NCBI GenBank assembly: GCA_007116995.1
Contig: SKHL01000030.1
Coordinates: 11,525-75,524, forward strand
DNA length: 64,000 nucleotides
Origin: Limnochordia bacterium
GTDB lineage: Bacteria > Bacillota > Limnochordia > Darwinibacteriales > DTU012
Direction of reading: 5' to 3'
The notes beneath the pieces are model-generated. The model saw nothing but the letters and a program-made list of their open reading frames with translations, had not been told where the DNA came from and made no database searches. Shown here in pieces: positions 28,904 to 37,880 of the stretch (position 1 is the first letter of the stretch; the number at the start of each line of letters is the position of its first letter). Both the position numbers and the translations under genes were made by a program.

Positions 28904-29244
28904 CCCTTATAAAGTGTATAGGTAGAACCATTACTTATAAAGCACGTTCACTTATTGTCTACTTGGCTACTTCATCTATACTCCCGGCTGTTCATGTATT
29001 GTTGTCCGGCTGATCATTTCCACCCGAAGTATCTGGCTGACTTCGATCATTCTATTTTGTTACCAGACTTATCAGCTAAGTACCTTTTCCTAAGATAGGT
29101 ACAACACCCCAGTACCCTTCGTGACTTTTCACCTACCATAAACTTTCAGACACCTATACGAAAAAACCTATTCGGTAGTCTTTAACTACCCGAGAACATT
29201 GTTCTCACTCCTTTAATATGATTTTATTGTCAAACTAATTAGTA

Positions 29245-29589
29245 CTATACCTCATCCCTATACCCAACCAACTCTGTTACAGGAACTTTCTTTGTTTTCG
29301 TATACCCACGACCCTCACACAAGTCACAGTCAACCCACTTCGTCCTCATATCCCTAACCCAATTACTATCAGGAAATCCTTTAGGATACGCATTATATGT
29401 AATCTTTAACTTTCCCTCCGACTTACACTTAGGGCACTTATGTATATACCCATGTCTTTTTTGTACACACAACGAGTGTAAAAGCTCAAATTTATCTCTT
29501 TCCCCTCTTTTTGAACAGTAAACTACATACTCCCCATCTCTAAACGGATGACCACATTCCCCACACATCATATTTTTTATCCCCTTCAA
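29245..29589 (-). CDS. Zinc-finger protein
   Basis: CGECGH...CPKCK...CDLCEGRG: Cys pairs in 114 aa. Confidence 0.5.
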   Translation of the reverse strand: MKGIKNMMCGECGHPFRDGEYVVYCSKRGERDKFELLHSLCVQKRHGYIHKCPKCKSEGKLKITYNAYPKGFPDSNWVRDMRTKWVDCDLCEGRGYTKTKKVPVTELVGYRDEV

Positions 29590-29606
29590 TGTTAAGTTAG
29601 TGTGTC

Positions 29607-29647
29607 ACTTGAGTCGCACGCTACGTACGGCTCAAGTGTGAAGTTTA
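29607..29647. other. Long near-perfect hairpin (11-bp stem) immediately downstream of the tRNA pair
   Basis: CACTTGAGtCG-cacgctacgta-CGGCTCAAGTG with one mismatch; no adjacent U-run. Confidence 0.5.
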
Positions 29648-29699
29648 GAGTATACGTTACGTACACCCACCACCCCTGATATACACACTAAAATTTATA

Positions 29700-29788
29700 T
29701 GGCAGAAAGGGTGTGATTCGAACCCACGGAGGCTACTAACCCCAACGATTTTCAAGACCGTCCCAATCGTCCACTCTGGCACCTTTCT
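29700..29788 (-). tRNA. tRNA-Ser (anticodon UGA), type II with long variable arm
   Basis: Manual fold of the minus strand: acceptor AGAAAGG/CCTTTCT, 3-bp D stem, anticodon stem ACGGT/ATCGT with loop CTTGAAA (U33, anticodon TGA, A37), long variable arm GGGG...CCTC, T arm GTGGG-TTCGAAT-CACAC, discriminator G, encoded CCA. Confidence 0.7.
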
Positions 29789-29800
29789 GTGAATACGAAA

Positions 29801-29878
29801 TGGCGTGCCTGGTAGGACTCGAACCTACGACACCGAGCTTAGAAGGCTCGTGCTACTATCCAACTGAGCTACAGGCAC
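29801..29878 (-). tRNA. tRNA-Arg (anticodon UCU)
   Basis: Minus strand GTGCCTG TA GCTC...anticodon stem CGAGC/GCTCG loop CTTCTAA (anticodon TCT)...T arm GTAGG-TTCGAGT-CCTAC, acceptor CAGGCAC, G, CCA. 78 nt. Confidence 0.8.
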
Positions 29879-29884
29879 ATAAAA

Positions 29885-30106
29885 CTACCAAAACAAATGA
29901 CCCAACAATAGACCCCAGATAAACCCATACAATCCAATAGCTAAACTGAGTGGTAACGGATATGTCTGTACATAGTATCTCATAACATCCGTTAGTAACG
30001 GTTTTTTCTTCTTCAAAACATACAACTCATACCCACCCAACGCTACTACCGGAATAACAAATAAAAACACCACCCACATCCACAACCCAGTAACCATATA
30101 ATCCAC
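29885..30106 (-). CDS. Small two-TM membrane protein (holin-like candidate)
   Basis: 73 aa with two hydrophobic helices and a KKKK loop; ends GHLFW. Confidence 0.45.
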   Translation of the reverse strand: MDYMVTGLWMWVVFLFVIPVVALGGYELYVLKKKKPLLTDVMRYYVQTYPLPLSLAIGLYGFIWGLLLGHLFW

Positions 30107-30137
30107 TACCTATCACCACCCTGTTTAGAGTATGAAT

Positions 30138-30881
30138 CTATATCACAACCAACCCAGTACCACACTCAGCACAAAACTTATTTATCCCTGAGTTAGACGT
30201 ACCACACGTCTGACACTCTAACTTAGCCTTAACCGTTAACGGCTTAGTAACTTCCGTCTCCGTATTAGGGTCTTTTCCTTTGAGTTGGAGACTCAGAACA
30301 TGAACCGTAGACTCTAGTGTACCAATATGACCCTCTACGAATTTCTGATCACTAACAGACCCTCCAACCGTAATTCCATCATCAAACGAGTCCATCTGAA
30401 CATCAGACGATACCGGAATACCTCTCGTCATAGTATCGTTACTAAACGAAGTACTCTGGCTCGTAAATGTACCTGTCCCCGAAGACCGATACAATGTGTT
30501 AATAAATGGAGGTCGAACTTGAACCTCTTCCTCAAACCGATATGATACTCGAACTATCCCATCGTCAACCCTATCCCCACGAAACTCACTAATCTTATCT
30601 GTCTTCTCAATGAACTTGAACCGATTCCCAGAATCCAAAGAACCTTTGATAAACCGTTCAACCTCAGAAGAAGAATTCCCTCCTACGATAAGACTGTGAC
30701 CATTCAACACATCTTCCCCATCAATACTAATCGAAACACTCGCCTTCACGTTACGCAAGTTCTTAACCAACAAAGAGTACTCTGACCCGAAAGGTAGATA
30801 CACAATGTTATCTCTCTCCCGTAACACCTTACCATTACACTTCACAACAACAACCAAATCATTCTTAAATACCATAGACAC
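30138..30881 (-). CDS. Hypothetical protein with C-terminal zinc ribbon
   Basis: The C-terminal CQTCGTSNSGINKFCAECG is a double CxxC ribbon. N-terminal beta-rich domain unassigned. Confidence 0.5.
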   Translation of the reverse strand: MSMVFKNDLVVVVKCNGKVLRERDNIVYLPFGSEYSLLVKNLRNVKASVSISIDGEDVLNGHSLIVGGNSSSEVERFIKGSLDSGNRFKFIEKTDKISEFRGDRVDDGIVRVSYRFEEEVQVRPPFINTLYRSSGTGTFTSQSTSFSNDTMTRGIPVSSDVQMDSFDDGITVGGSVSDQKFVEGHIGTLESTVHVLSLQLKGKDPNTETEVTKPLTVKAKLECQTCGTSNSGINKFCAECGTGLVVI

Positions 30882-30987
30882 ATTTCCCCATTACGGTAGA
30901 CGGACTAACTACCTGATTTTTTGTTTAAAGTCCATACCCTTATGTATAAAATGATTGTACGAAAACAACCACTTTATTCACATACAT

Positions 30988-31007
30988 CTATATACGGAAA
31001 AAATACC
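30988..31007 (-). promoter_or_regulatory. CCGTATATAG motif upstream of gene 30138-30881
   Basis: GGTATTTTTTCCGTATATAGATG. Confidence 0.45.
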
Positions 31008-31008
31008 A

Positions 31009-31617
31009 CTAAAACCCATACCCGACTTCCCCCACCAAAAAATTAAATCTACCGATAAAATTACTTCTAATATCCTCTGTCTCCAAGTCCTTCACCGAGT
31101 TAATTGTCTCTATGATCTTCTGATTGAAATCACTAGGGTTGTAGTCATTCCATATCGTTCCACTACTTTTCATAAAAAGTCTCGCCTCATTCTTTAGAAC
31201 TCGATAATCAATGTCCTTCGCAATCCCCAACTCTTCCTCCGTGTAATCACCTATATACTTCCGAAGAATCATACCCATCAACTTCTTCTCGTACAACACA
31301 TAATCAGCGAAAAATTCTTTAATCGGTTTCGCTACGTCTGCTAAGTATGCCTCAGATGCATCGTGTAGCAAACAAAGCATCTGAATTCGAGAATTATATC
31401 CCTCATTATGAGCAACTAATTCACAGATATACGAATGAGCACCCACTGAGTAAAATATGTCCGTATGACCTGTAAACCGACATATATGAGATAAAGCATG
31501 TGCTATATCCACTATATCAATCTCATCTTCTCTCGGATCCAAAGGATAAATAATCTTCCCTGTATACGTCTCTACCCAACCACCAAATCTAGATTCCGTC
31601 TTCATCCCACTACACAC
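31009..31617 (-). CDS. HD-domain phosphohydrolase (YfbR-like 5'-deoxynucleotidase family)
   Basis: DIAHALSHICRFTGHT (H...HD region: IVDIAHALS / CLLHDASEAYLADVAKP) matches HD metal-binding motifs. 202 aa, like YfbR. Confidence 0.7.
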   Translation of the reverse strand: MCSGMKTESRFGGWVETYTGKIIYPLDPREDEIDIVDIAHALSHICRFTGHTDIFYSVGAHSYICELVAHNEGYNSRIQMLCLLHDASEAYLADVAKPIKEFFADYVLYEKKLMGMILRKYIGDYTEEELGIAKDIDYRVLKNEARLFMKSSGTIWNDYNPSDFNQKIIETINSVKDLETEDIRSNFIGRFNFLVGEVGYGF

Positions 31618-31945
31618 CTCTGTAGTACTTAAACAGACGTATCAAGTACCGAATCTGTTTTATACAGAAATCTATAAATACACTAGCCAGAAAAATAGAG
31701 ATAAAACCGATAAGAAGAGCCCCAACAATCTCATCTATTTCCAAGCTCAGATCAAAGAAACTTGATAGAATAAAAGAAGCCATCTGCACAACTACGTACA
31801 TTAACATGATCATAATCCCAATTACAAGAGAAACCGCAAAAAAACAAAGAAGATTAGACAGTATATTTCCCCCCACATCCTTCATAACACACTTCCAAAC
31901 TGATAATGTCCTTAAATTTATATCCTCCCCCTTATATTTAACCAC
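31610..31945 (-). CDS. Membrane protein, unknown function
   Basis: 111 aa, three hydrophobic stretches. Confidence 0.45.
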   Translation of the reverse strand: MVKYKGEDINLRTLSVWKCVMKDVGGNILSNLLCFFAVSLVIGIMIMLMYVVVQMASFILSSFFDLSLEIDEIVGALLIGFISIFLASVFIDFCIKQIRYLIRLFKYYRGV

Positions 31946-32325
31946 TCCGCTACACCCTCCAAAGTATAAAAAATTGTACCTCCGTTATTTCTAACCATAT
32001 CCATAACCGCGTCCAATGACTTTATCTGACCCTCAGTAAACCCACCTAGAAGAACACAGAGTAACGTCTTTTCCGGACGTTTATTACTATCATCCACAAC
32101 TTCCGCAATACTGTAGACCCCAGCCATCTCTGAAGTGATGACATATAATAGATAATCACATTCCTGTCTCTGAAGAATCTCCTCTACCCGAGCACTCTCA
32201 TTCCAATCCTCCACGACCGGATTAAAGTACCCAATCTCTAACATAGGGATTAATTCCTCTCTCCACGTAGAGCTATTACATGTCCCACCCAAAAACACTC
32301 TCGGTTTATCTATTCGATACCCCAT
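31918..32325 (-). CDS. Nucleoside 2-deoxyribosyltransferase-like (NDT/Rcl-fold) protein
   Basis: PRVFLGGTCNSSTWREELIPMLEIGYFNPVV...CDYLLYVITSEMAGVYSIAEVV fits the flavodoxin-like NDT/DNPH1 family pattern (Y/F-L-A/G-G...W...D....+....S.G...E.G). Confidence 0.5.
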   Translation of the reverse strand: MGYRIDKPRVFLGGTCNSSTWREELIPMLEIGYFNPVVEDWNESARVEEILQRQECDYLLYVITSEMAGVYSIAEVVDDSNKRPEKTLLCVLLGGFTEGQIKSLDAVMDMVRNNGGTIFYTLEGVAEWLNIRGRI

Positions 32326-32358
32326 AAACTACCCCACCCACTTTCTCTAATCTATAAT

Positions 32359-32375
32359 CCTATATACGGAAAAAC
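32359..32375 (-). promoter_or_regulatory. CCGTATATAGG motif upstream of the NDT-like gene
   Basis: GTTTTTCCGTATATAGGATTATAG; small hairpin ACGGATC/GATCCGT just upstream. Confidence 0.45.
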
Positions 32376-32415
32376 GGACCATATATGATCCGTTCCCAGT
32401 AACTATCGTATAGTA

Positions 32416-32811
32416 CTATTTTTCTTCTACGTACTTCTGAAACTCCTTCAACTCTTCTCCCACAACCCAGTCCTCTACAGACCCGATCCAATCACCGATT
32501 TCTTCCATCTTTAAATCCCGAACAGAAACCATGTTTACCAGATTCCAGAACGACTCATTCTCAAAGTTATTTTTTACACACCAAGCCATGAAATGTTTAA
32601 ACTCCTGGCCTAACTCTCCTCCCCACTTAGATCCAGTAGTAAAATACATCCTAAGAGCGTCATACATCTTATATTCTTCCTTACTAGAAAGATAGTCTGT
32701 AATCCACTCCCGTACCAACGCACTCTGATTATGACTCTTCTCTTTTGTCACTACACGAAATCTGTCTATAACCGCATTAGGGACTCTCACAATCAATTTT
32801 TTATCATCCAT
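32416..32811 (-). CDS. Ribbon-helix-helix (CopG/Arc-like) DNA-binding protein
   Basis: The N-terminus KKLIVRVPNAVIDRFRVVTKEKSHNQSALVREWITDYL has a beta-strand plus two helices pattern typical of RHH repressors. Confidence 0.5.
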   Translation of the reverse strand: MDDKKLIVRVPNAVIDRFRVVTKEKSHNQSALVREWITDYLSSKEEYKMYDALRMYFTTGSKWGGELGQEFKHFMAWCVKNNFENESFWNLVNMVSVRDLKMEEIGDWIGSVEDWVVGEELKEFQKYVEEK

Positions 32812-32828
32812 AGTTTATTACCTCTCTC

Positions 32829-33071
32829 TTAGTAAAATTTATATCCTTTTTTATTCGTATCTTCACCAGATACCCACCCACCAGCTAAATTACTTCTTTC
32901 ATCTAGGGTTAACTTTCGATCCAGAACCACCTCACAGATCTTAAAGAACTCATCAAAACTATACGCCTGAGTAGATGCTATATGAAGGGCAAGAAACTGA
33001 GTTAAGTTAGTAGGTCTCAACATAGTAAGATCGTCTAACTTTTTAAGACTCGTTGTAGATCTCCTCACCAC
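32829..33071 (-). CDS. Hypothetical protein
   Basis: 80 aa, GTG start after RBS AGAAAGGGGA. Confidence 0.4.
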   Translation of the reverse strand: MVRRSTTSLKKLDDLTMLRPTNLTQFLALHIASTQAYSFDEFFKICEVVLDRKLTLDERSNLAGGWVSGEDTNKKGYKFY

Positions 33072-33083
33072 ACCATCCCCTTT

Positions 33084-33227
33084 CTAAACTACCTTAGTAC
33101 GTTGACACCCACATTTTGAGCATTTATACGAATGTAACTTCCTAGAACCACACTCAACAAGACACGAAAACCGTAACTCATAGTCATGCCTGCAAAATAA
33201 CCACCGAATCCATCTCTTCAACCCCAT
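33084..33227 (-). CDS. Small zinc-ribbon ORF (47 aa) absent from the ORF track
   Basis: ATG 33227 preceded by consensus RBS TAGAGAGGGGTT. Encodes MGLKRWIRWLFCRHDYELRFSCLVECGSRKLHSYKCSKCGCQRTKVV (CxxC...CxxC). Stop TAG at 33084. A CCGTATATA motif lies just upstream. Confidence 0.4.
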   Translation of the reverse strand: MGLKRWIRWLFCRHDYELRFSCLVECGSRKLHSYKCSKCGCQRTKVV

Positions 33228-33446
33228 AACCCCTCTCTATGTTATATACGGACACTAATCCAATAGTTTTAAATTAGGTTCAAACTCTACTATATACGTC
33301 TTACCACACTCACGACAATGTAAAAACAAAATGAATGTGTTATCATCTACTTTCTGCGTCTCTCCCGCACAATCTAAATTCGTATCACAAGAACAGAACA
33401 TTGACGTTTCATACACCACCCCTATATCTCCCCTCACATTTAACGA

Positions 33447-33656
33447 TTATGCTAAAACCGCCTCAAACTCTTCAATCCACTGAGTATCTATCGTATGTCC
33501 AGTACCTTCAACATCACTCTCTAGGGCTACACGGTCTTTCATTGGAGGATACCTATAGTGAATCTCTGTTACATTCTTATACGTCTGTTCCAAAATACCG
33601 TTCTTAAAATACGGACTATCCTTCGTAAATGTAACCTTGACGTTAAACATATCCAT
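33447..33656 (-). CDS. Small early protein
   Basis: 69-aa ORF directly downstream of sigma70-like promoter copy 2 (33730-33759). Confidence 0.45.
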   Translation of the reverse strand: MDMFNVKVTFTKDSPYFKNGILEQTYKNVTEIHYRYPPMKDRVALESDVEGTGHTIDTQWIEEFEAVLA

Positions 33657-33729
33657 CTCCCCCTTCTAATTTTAAAACAGTCTTTTCTTCGTCACCCCTC
33701 AATCTGTACTATTTCCTAGTTCCACTTTA

Positions 33730-33759
33730 AGTATACCATACAAATATATACAAGTCAAT
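33730..33759 (-). promoter_or_regulatory. Sigma70-like early promoter, copy 2
   Basis: Same 45-bp element: -35 TTGACT, 17-nt spacer, TGgTATACT; downstream of hairpin 33774-33791. Confidence 0.7.
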
Positions 33760-33798
33760 ACTGTTAGAAAAAAGAGTCTCACCTGAGACTCCATAACA

Positions 33799-34005
33799 TT
33801 ACTGTTTTTCCTCATACGTAGTACAAGTCTGAGCCTGAAAAGGAAACCCCTTATATCTACCACTCTTTTCCCTATACAGAGAACACCTTCCCGGCTTTCC
33901 ATAGAATTTAATACATTTAAGGCAACTTTTCCTCATAGTCTCCAACTCTGACTTCAACCGTTCATTGTCTTTTAGTAAGTTATAGTAATCCTCATAGATA
34001 TTCAC
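33799..34005 (-). CDS. Small Cys-containing protein
   Basis: 68 aa; followed by hairpin terminator 33774-33791. Confidence 0.45.
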   Translation of the reverse strand: MNIYEDYYNLLKDNERLKSELETMRKSCLKCIKFYGKPGRCSLYREKSGRYKGFPFQAQTCTTYEEKQ

Positions 34006-34121
34006 AGTAAACTCCCACCCCTATCTACCTCAGAGAAATGAAAACCATCAGAACTGAAAAGAGTCCCACCAAAGAAGAAATAATAATTAACATATCCGCC
34101 ACACTCCATCCCCCCCCCTGT

Positions 34122-35192
34122 CTACCTTATATACTGTTCTCGTACCATCTTCAAATACTCCACACCGTCATAGAAGTCATCAAACGCAACTACCCTCTTA
34201 CTATCAGGATATAAGACCGTAATAGGGATACCCCATTCCCCTTCGTACCCACCAATCTTCTGACCAAAATCATCTACAATCTTATGCGTCCCACTCCGTA
34301 ACCATGTAGTCTTCCGACCCATATGAATCTTTTTCTGCATATCCACATAATGTTTATCCCCAACAGCAACAACATCACAACCCGCTAATTGTTCATTCAT
34401 TCTTCTCTGACTGTTCGTTGTATTCAGTCCAGATTCGTACTTAAACTTATGTCTTACACCGATCTTGTACGTACAGTCTCCCACAGTTATATAGACAATC
34501 CCACCATGCCAAAGATTAACTGCCTCCGCCTCTAAACAAACTTCCTGCATAAAATCTTTCCCATCCGTAGACGTAGACCAGTCATCATGATTCCCTCGTA
34601 CAAACGCAAGAGCCTTTGACTTCAGAAATCTAGCAGTGTCAATCACTAACATATCCTGAGCCCCAGGCGGAACTACCTGTTGATAAACCGCTCCTTTGTG
34701 ACCAGTCTGAAGATTATTATCCTTGTAGTCACCCATACCGATAAGATACAACCCGTCCGTTTCTATAATCCTGTTCCGATCTTCTAGAAACTTCTCATGA
34801 TCCGTACCAATACCACCTAAATGCCAATCCCCAGAGTAAGCAATTCCTATCGGTCTTGAATCCTCCACCGTTAAACTGACTTTAGTCTGTCGTGTATGTA
34901 ACTTACTGTCCGCCCTCTGTAACCCAATAATAGCAGACCAATACTCCTCTACTTCCTCAATAGAAGGTTCGTCTCTTTTATTGTCATACACAACATTATT
35001 CTTTCTAAACGAATTTTTAGTAAACTTTCCAATTAACTTCCTAAAATTCTCCGAATCTAAGTCCAGCTTGAACTCCTTCCCAACAATATCTGAAACCTCT
35101 TTCCAAGACTTTCCCTCAGACCTCAACTCCAACGCCCTTAATTTCGTATTTTCACTGTACTTCGTACCCAACAAAACATCTCCCGGACCCAT
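34122..35192 (-). CDS. Calcineurin-like metallophosphoesterase
   Basis: Motifs GDWHLG (GDxH), IGMGDYKDNN (GDxxD..N), RGNHDDW (GNHD/E), VGDKHY (GH-like); 356 aa. Confidence 0.7.
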   Translation of the reverse strand: MGPGDVLLGTKYSENTKLRALELRSEGKSWKEVSDIVGKEFKLDLDSENFRKLIGKFTKNSFRKNNVVYDNKRDEPSIEEVEEYWSAIIGLQRADSKLHTRQTKVSLTVEDSRPIGIAYSGDWHLGGIGTDHEKFLEDRNRIIETDGLYLIGMGDYKDNNLQTGHKGAVYQQVVPPGAQDMLVIDTARFLKSKALAFVRGNHDDWSTSTDGKDFMQEVCLEAEAVNLWHGGIVYITVGDCTYKIGVRHKFKYESGLNTTNSQRRMNEQLAGCDVVAVGDKHYVDMQKKIHMGRKTTWLRSGTHKIVDDFGQKIGGYEGEWGIPITVLYPDSKRVVAFDDFYDGVEYLKMVREQYIR

Positions 35193-35296
35193 TAAAGGGT
35201 AGTCATGTTCTAACCTATCCTGTATAGTTTTATATATAAAAAGCCCTAGATAATTAGGGCTTTCTAAATAGTCTATACTTTACCATGACTACCGTT

Positions 35297-35635
35297 CTAT
35301 TCTATATTGTACACAACCACCCTAATCCTACCAACCGCATGTTCCTCTTTTAACGTAAAAGACACAGTATAGAATTGTCCTTCTTCAAATTCCTGATCAA
35401 CCTCAAATGTGTAGAAATACCCATTATCCTTACTCGAAACCACAAATGTAATCGACTCTACAAACCTATTCTCCAAGAAGAACCCCGAGACTTCTAGTTC
35501 TCCCCCACGAAAGTAATGACTCACAACAGTAAACCCACTCGGCTCAATATACACAGGAATTTCTACAGGAACCTCCACAATAACCTCAACAGGAACATCC
35601 ACATAAATTACTTCCTTATCAACACTACCCCCCAC
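35297..35635 (-). CDS. Paralog of lipoprotein 35724-36080 (unknown function)
   Basis: VESITFVVSSKDNGYFYTFEVD aligns with VDTLTFIVDSRSSREVYTFKIE of the neighbour. Confidence 0.5.
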   Translation of the reverse strand: MGGSVDKEVIYVDVPVEVIVEVPVEIPVYIEPSGFTVVSHYFRGGELEVSGFFLENRFVESITFVVSSKDNGYFYTFEVDQEFEEGQFYTVSFTLKEEHAVGRIRVVVYNIE

Positions 35636-35723
35636 ACCCAGCCACCAACAAAGCTAAAATAAGTACTACAATCCACTTTTTCAATAAAAACACATCCCCC
35701 TATCTCTTTATTTAGTATACTAT

Positions 35724-36080
35724 TTAATATACGGACAATCTAACCGTTCCTGAAGTATAACTTCCGAGTCTGATTATAAAACTACGTGATTGATTTCTAC
35801 GAGTATACGTCTCAATCTTAAACGTATAGACCTCTCTAGAACTTCTCGAATCAACAATAAATGTCAGTGTATCCACCCAGCCACCATGAACAAAGTACCC
35901 ATCAATCACCAGTTCATTATGTCTGTTCACATAGTAGTCTGTTACCCGATACACCGAATTACTAGGGTATTCATACTCTACGTCAATATAGACCGTAGTT
36001 ATATGATTCATATTACAACCTGTCAACGTGATCATCAACATAAGAATTAAAATAGAAATACAAAATCTGCTCATACCCAT
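35724..36080 (-). CDS. Predicted lipoprotein (signal peptide plus lipobox LTGC)
   Basis: MSRFCISILILMLMITLTGC: hydrophobic signal with lipobox L-T-G-C. Confidence 0.55.
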   Translation of the reverse strand: MGMSRFCISILILMLMITLTGCNMNHITTVYIDVEYEYPSNSVYRVTDYYVNRHNELVIDGYFVHGGWVDTLTFIVDSRSSREVYTFKIETYTRRNQSRSFIIRLGSYTSGTVRLSVY

Positions 36081-36150
36081 ACCTCCCTGTCTTACGTTTA
36101 CGTACCTACTCTTTTACCCTTTACCGTCTTACCGTACTATAATTCTGTAA

Positions 36151-36780
36151 TCACCGGCTCAGGAAATGAGTAAATAAAGCAGACTTTCCAGTCTTCTTAT
36201 CCACAACCTTGAAATGTCTCTTTACTACATGTTTCTGTACCTCTTCCGTCGGAAACGTCCACGGAACCACTACCTCTTTAATCTCTTTACCAAAAACACC
36301 CGCCAAAACTTCCAGTTCCTCAGAAGAAACTTGAACCAAATCCGTACCTTCCCAGTTCTTCATTCGTAACATACCACCTTTCTCAGGCACATCCCACGGT
36401 ACCGACTGTACCGGCTGTTTCCAGTAGTCATTACTTTGATAAATATTACCAAGCAATCTCATCCGATACCCGGCAGAAAATAACTCGTGTAACCCAACAA
36501 ACCGCCCGTCCTTCTCCGCAATTCCAAACATATAATTCTTGTAGAATATTCTCCCCCTCACAACCAACTCATTTAGAGTGAGTTCAACGTAGTCACCCTC
36601 CCAAAAACGAGTTTTAGTATCAATATCAAAATGTACCAGTTCTCCAACTGTAGAAGGATCTACTTTTACTCTCTGTTTTTTATAGAGAATATACCTCACG
36701 TTATTCATTTTACAAATTAAACTTCCACAAACCCAAGACTTATACCCTAGAGAATACCCTCTGAAAACGCGCTTTTTCAT
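36151..36780 (-). CDS. Hypothetical protein, possibly YopX-like
   Basis: N-terminal RVFRGY..., VKVDPSTVGELVHFDIDTKTRFWEGDYVEL is loosely YopX-like. Weak. Confidence 0.3.
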   Translation of the reverse strand: MKKRVFRGYSLGYKSWVCGSLICKMNNVRYILYKKQRVKVDPSTVGELVHFDIDTKTRFWEGDYVELTLNELVVRGRIFYKNYMFGIAEKDGRFVGLHELFSAGYRMRLLGNIYQSNDYWKQPVQSVPWDVPEKGGMLRMKNWEGTDLVQVSSEELEVLAGVFGKEIKEVVVPWTFPTEEVQKHVVKRHFKVVDKKTGKSALFTHFLSR

Positions 36781-36781
36781 T

Positions 36782-37063
36782 CTAGTTTCTCCTTTCCATT
36801 ACCTTACCAATCTCTTCATAAATATCCTTAAAACTAGCTCCGTTCTTCATGAGAAATACAATATATTTCCCACAACTTTCAATCTGACAATCCTGCAACT
36901 GTATATTCATCTCCCCTAACCTCAGATCCATTCGGATCATTAACCGTAAAAGAAACCAGGCAGACCTACATCTAGTAAACTGATCTTCCGTCTGATCTTC
37001 GAAAATACGAAAATTCGTATCAAACTCCACTATACTTTCCGTTATATCTCTTAAGTCATCCAC
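36782..37063 (-). CDS. Hypothetical protein
   Basis: 93-aa ORF. Confidence 0.4.
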   Translation of the reverse strand: MDDLRDITESIVEFDTNFRIFEDQTEDQFTRCRSAWFLLRLMIRMDLRLGEMNIQLQDCQIESCGKYIVFLMKNGASFKDIYEEIGKVMERRN

Positions 37064-37692
37064 CCACCCAACACCCCTATTCCAAATCTATCTTCCCGAG
37101 ACTTCTCCTTATCCCGTAAACGTCTTAGTTTCTTCACGACCCAAGAACTTACCCAGGAATCGGAATCCCGTTTCCACCGACCCGCCTTCCTATGTAAACT
37201 ATTAATCTCCTTCAAATTATCTACACAGATACTATCCCAGATATCGAAGTAAATCGTATCATACTTCATTTCCGGTTTCCATGTGAATATATCGTCACAG
37301 ACAACCATCAACTTAGGGTGTCTATAGTAAGGTTCGACCAAGTTAATTACGTCCTGACTCTTCTCGATAATCGTTACACTTGTAACATCTTCCTTATCTA
37401 GAATAGGCGGTACAATAAGACCAATCCCCAAACCCGCAATTAAAACATCTCCAAAAGAATTCTCAACCACATCCATGTTCGTCGCTCTCTCCATATCCGT
37501 ATCACTCATCATCAAAATGTTATTGATAAATAGACGAGTATATGTACCCGGAGAAACATACTCCCTCCGAATAACAGAGAACCGAGACTGATCCTCTGTT
37601 ACTTCAAAATGTTCGATACGAACATTACCAGACGAACCCTCAGGAACAATCTCTGACACCTTTCGATACATAACCCAACACTCCCTCTCCAA
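37051..37692 (-). CDS. Spermidine-synthase-like / class-I SAM-dependent transferase fold protein
   Basis: LFINNILMMSDTDMERATNMDVVENSFGDVLIAGLGIGLIVPP...VTIIEKSQDVINLVEPYY...KLMVVCDDIFTWKPEMKYDTIYFDIWD parallels SpeE blocks (L.LDG..Q..E.DE..YHE...H...VLIIGGGDG...V..VEID..V......Y...P.......DG......YDVII.D..DP). The GGGDG loop is degenerate (GLGIG). Confidence 0.45.
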   Translation of the reverse strand: MERECWVMYRKVSEIVPEGSSGNVRIEHFEVTEDQSRFSVIRREYVSPGTYTRLFINNILMMSDTDMERATNMDVVENSFGDVLIAGLGIGLIVPPILDKEDVTSVTIIEKSQDVINLVEPYYRHPKLMVVCDDIFTWKPEMKYDTIYFDIWDSICVDNLKEINSLHRKAGRWKRDSDSWVSSWVVKKLRRLRDKEKSREDRFGIGVLGGWMT

Positions 37693-37880
37693 TTTATTCG
37701 TGAAACAATCTCACCAGAATTTATCTCTCAGATCATATACTACATCAACCAGTATACGAGCAAACCAGAAAATGACCCTAACCACAAAGAAAGGCACAAT
37801 CAGTATCACGTATAGAAGTATCCGTAAAACAGTCTCCAAAACCTCTACCACCCGTCCCACCCCAAAACATCCTCTCTAAA

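Noticed and set aside
33699-33902. 67-aa minus-strand ORF 33699-33902
   Set aside because: It lies across the conserved sigma70-type promoter and terminator hairpin, with the sequence dictated by that regulatory cassette. It is unlikely to be coding.
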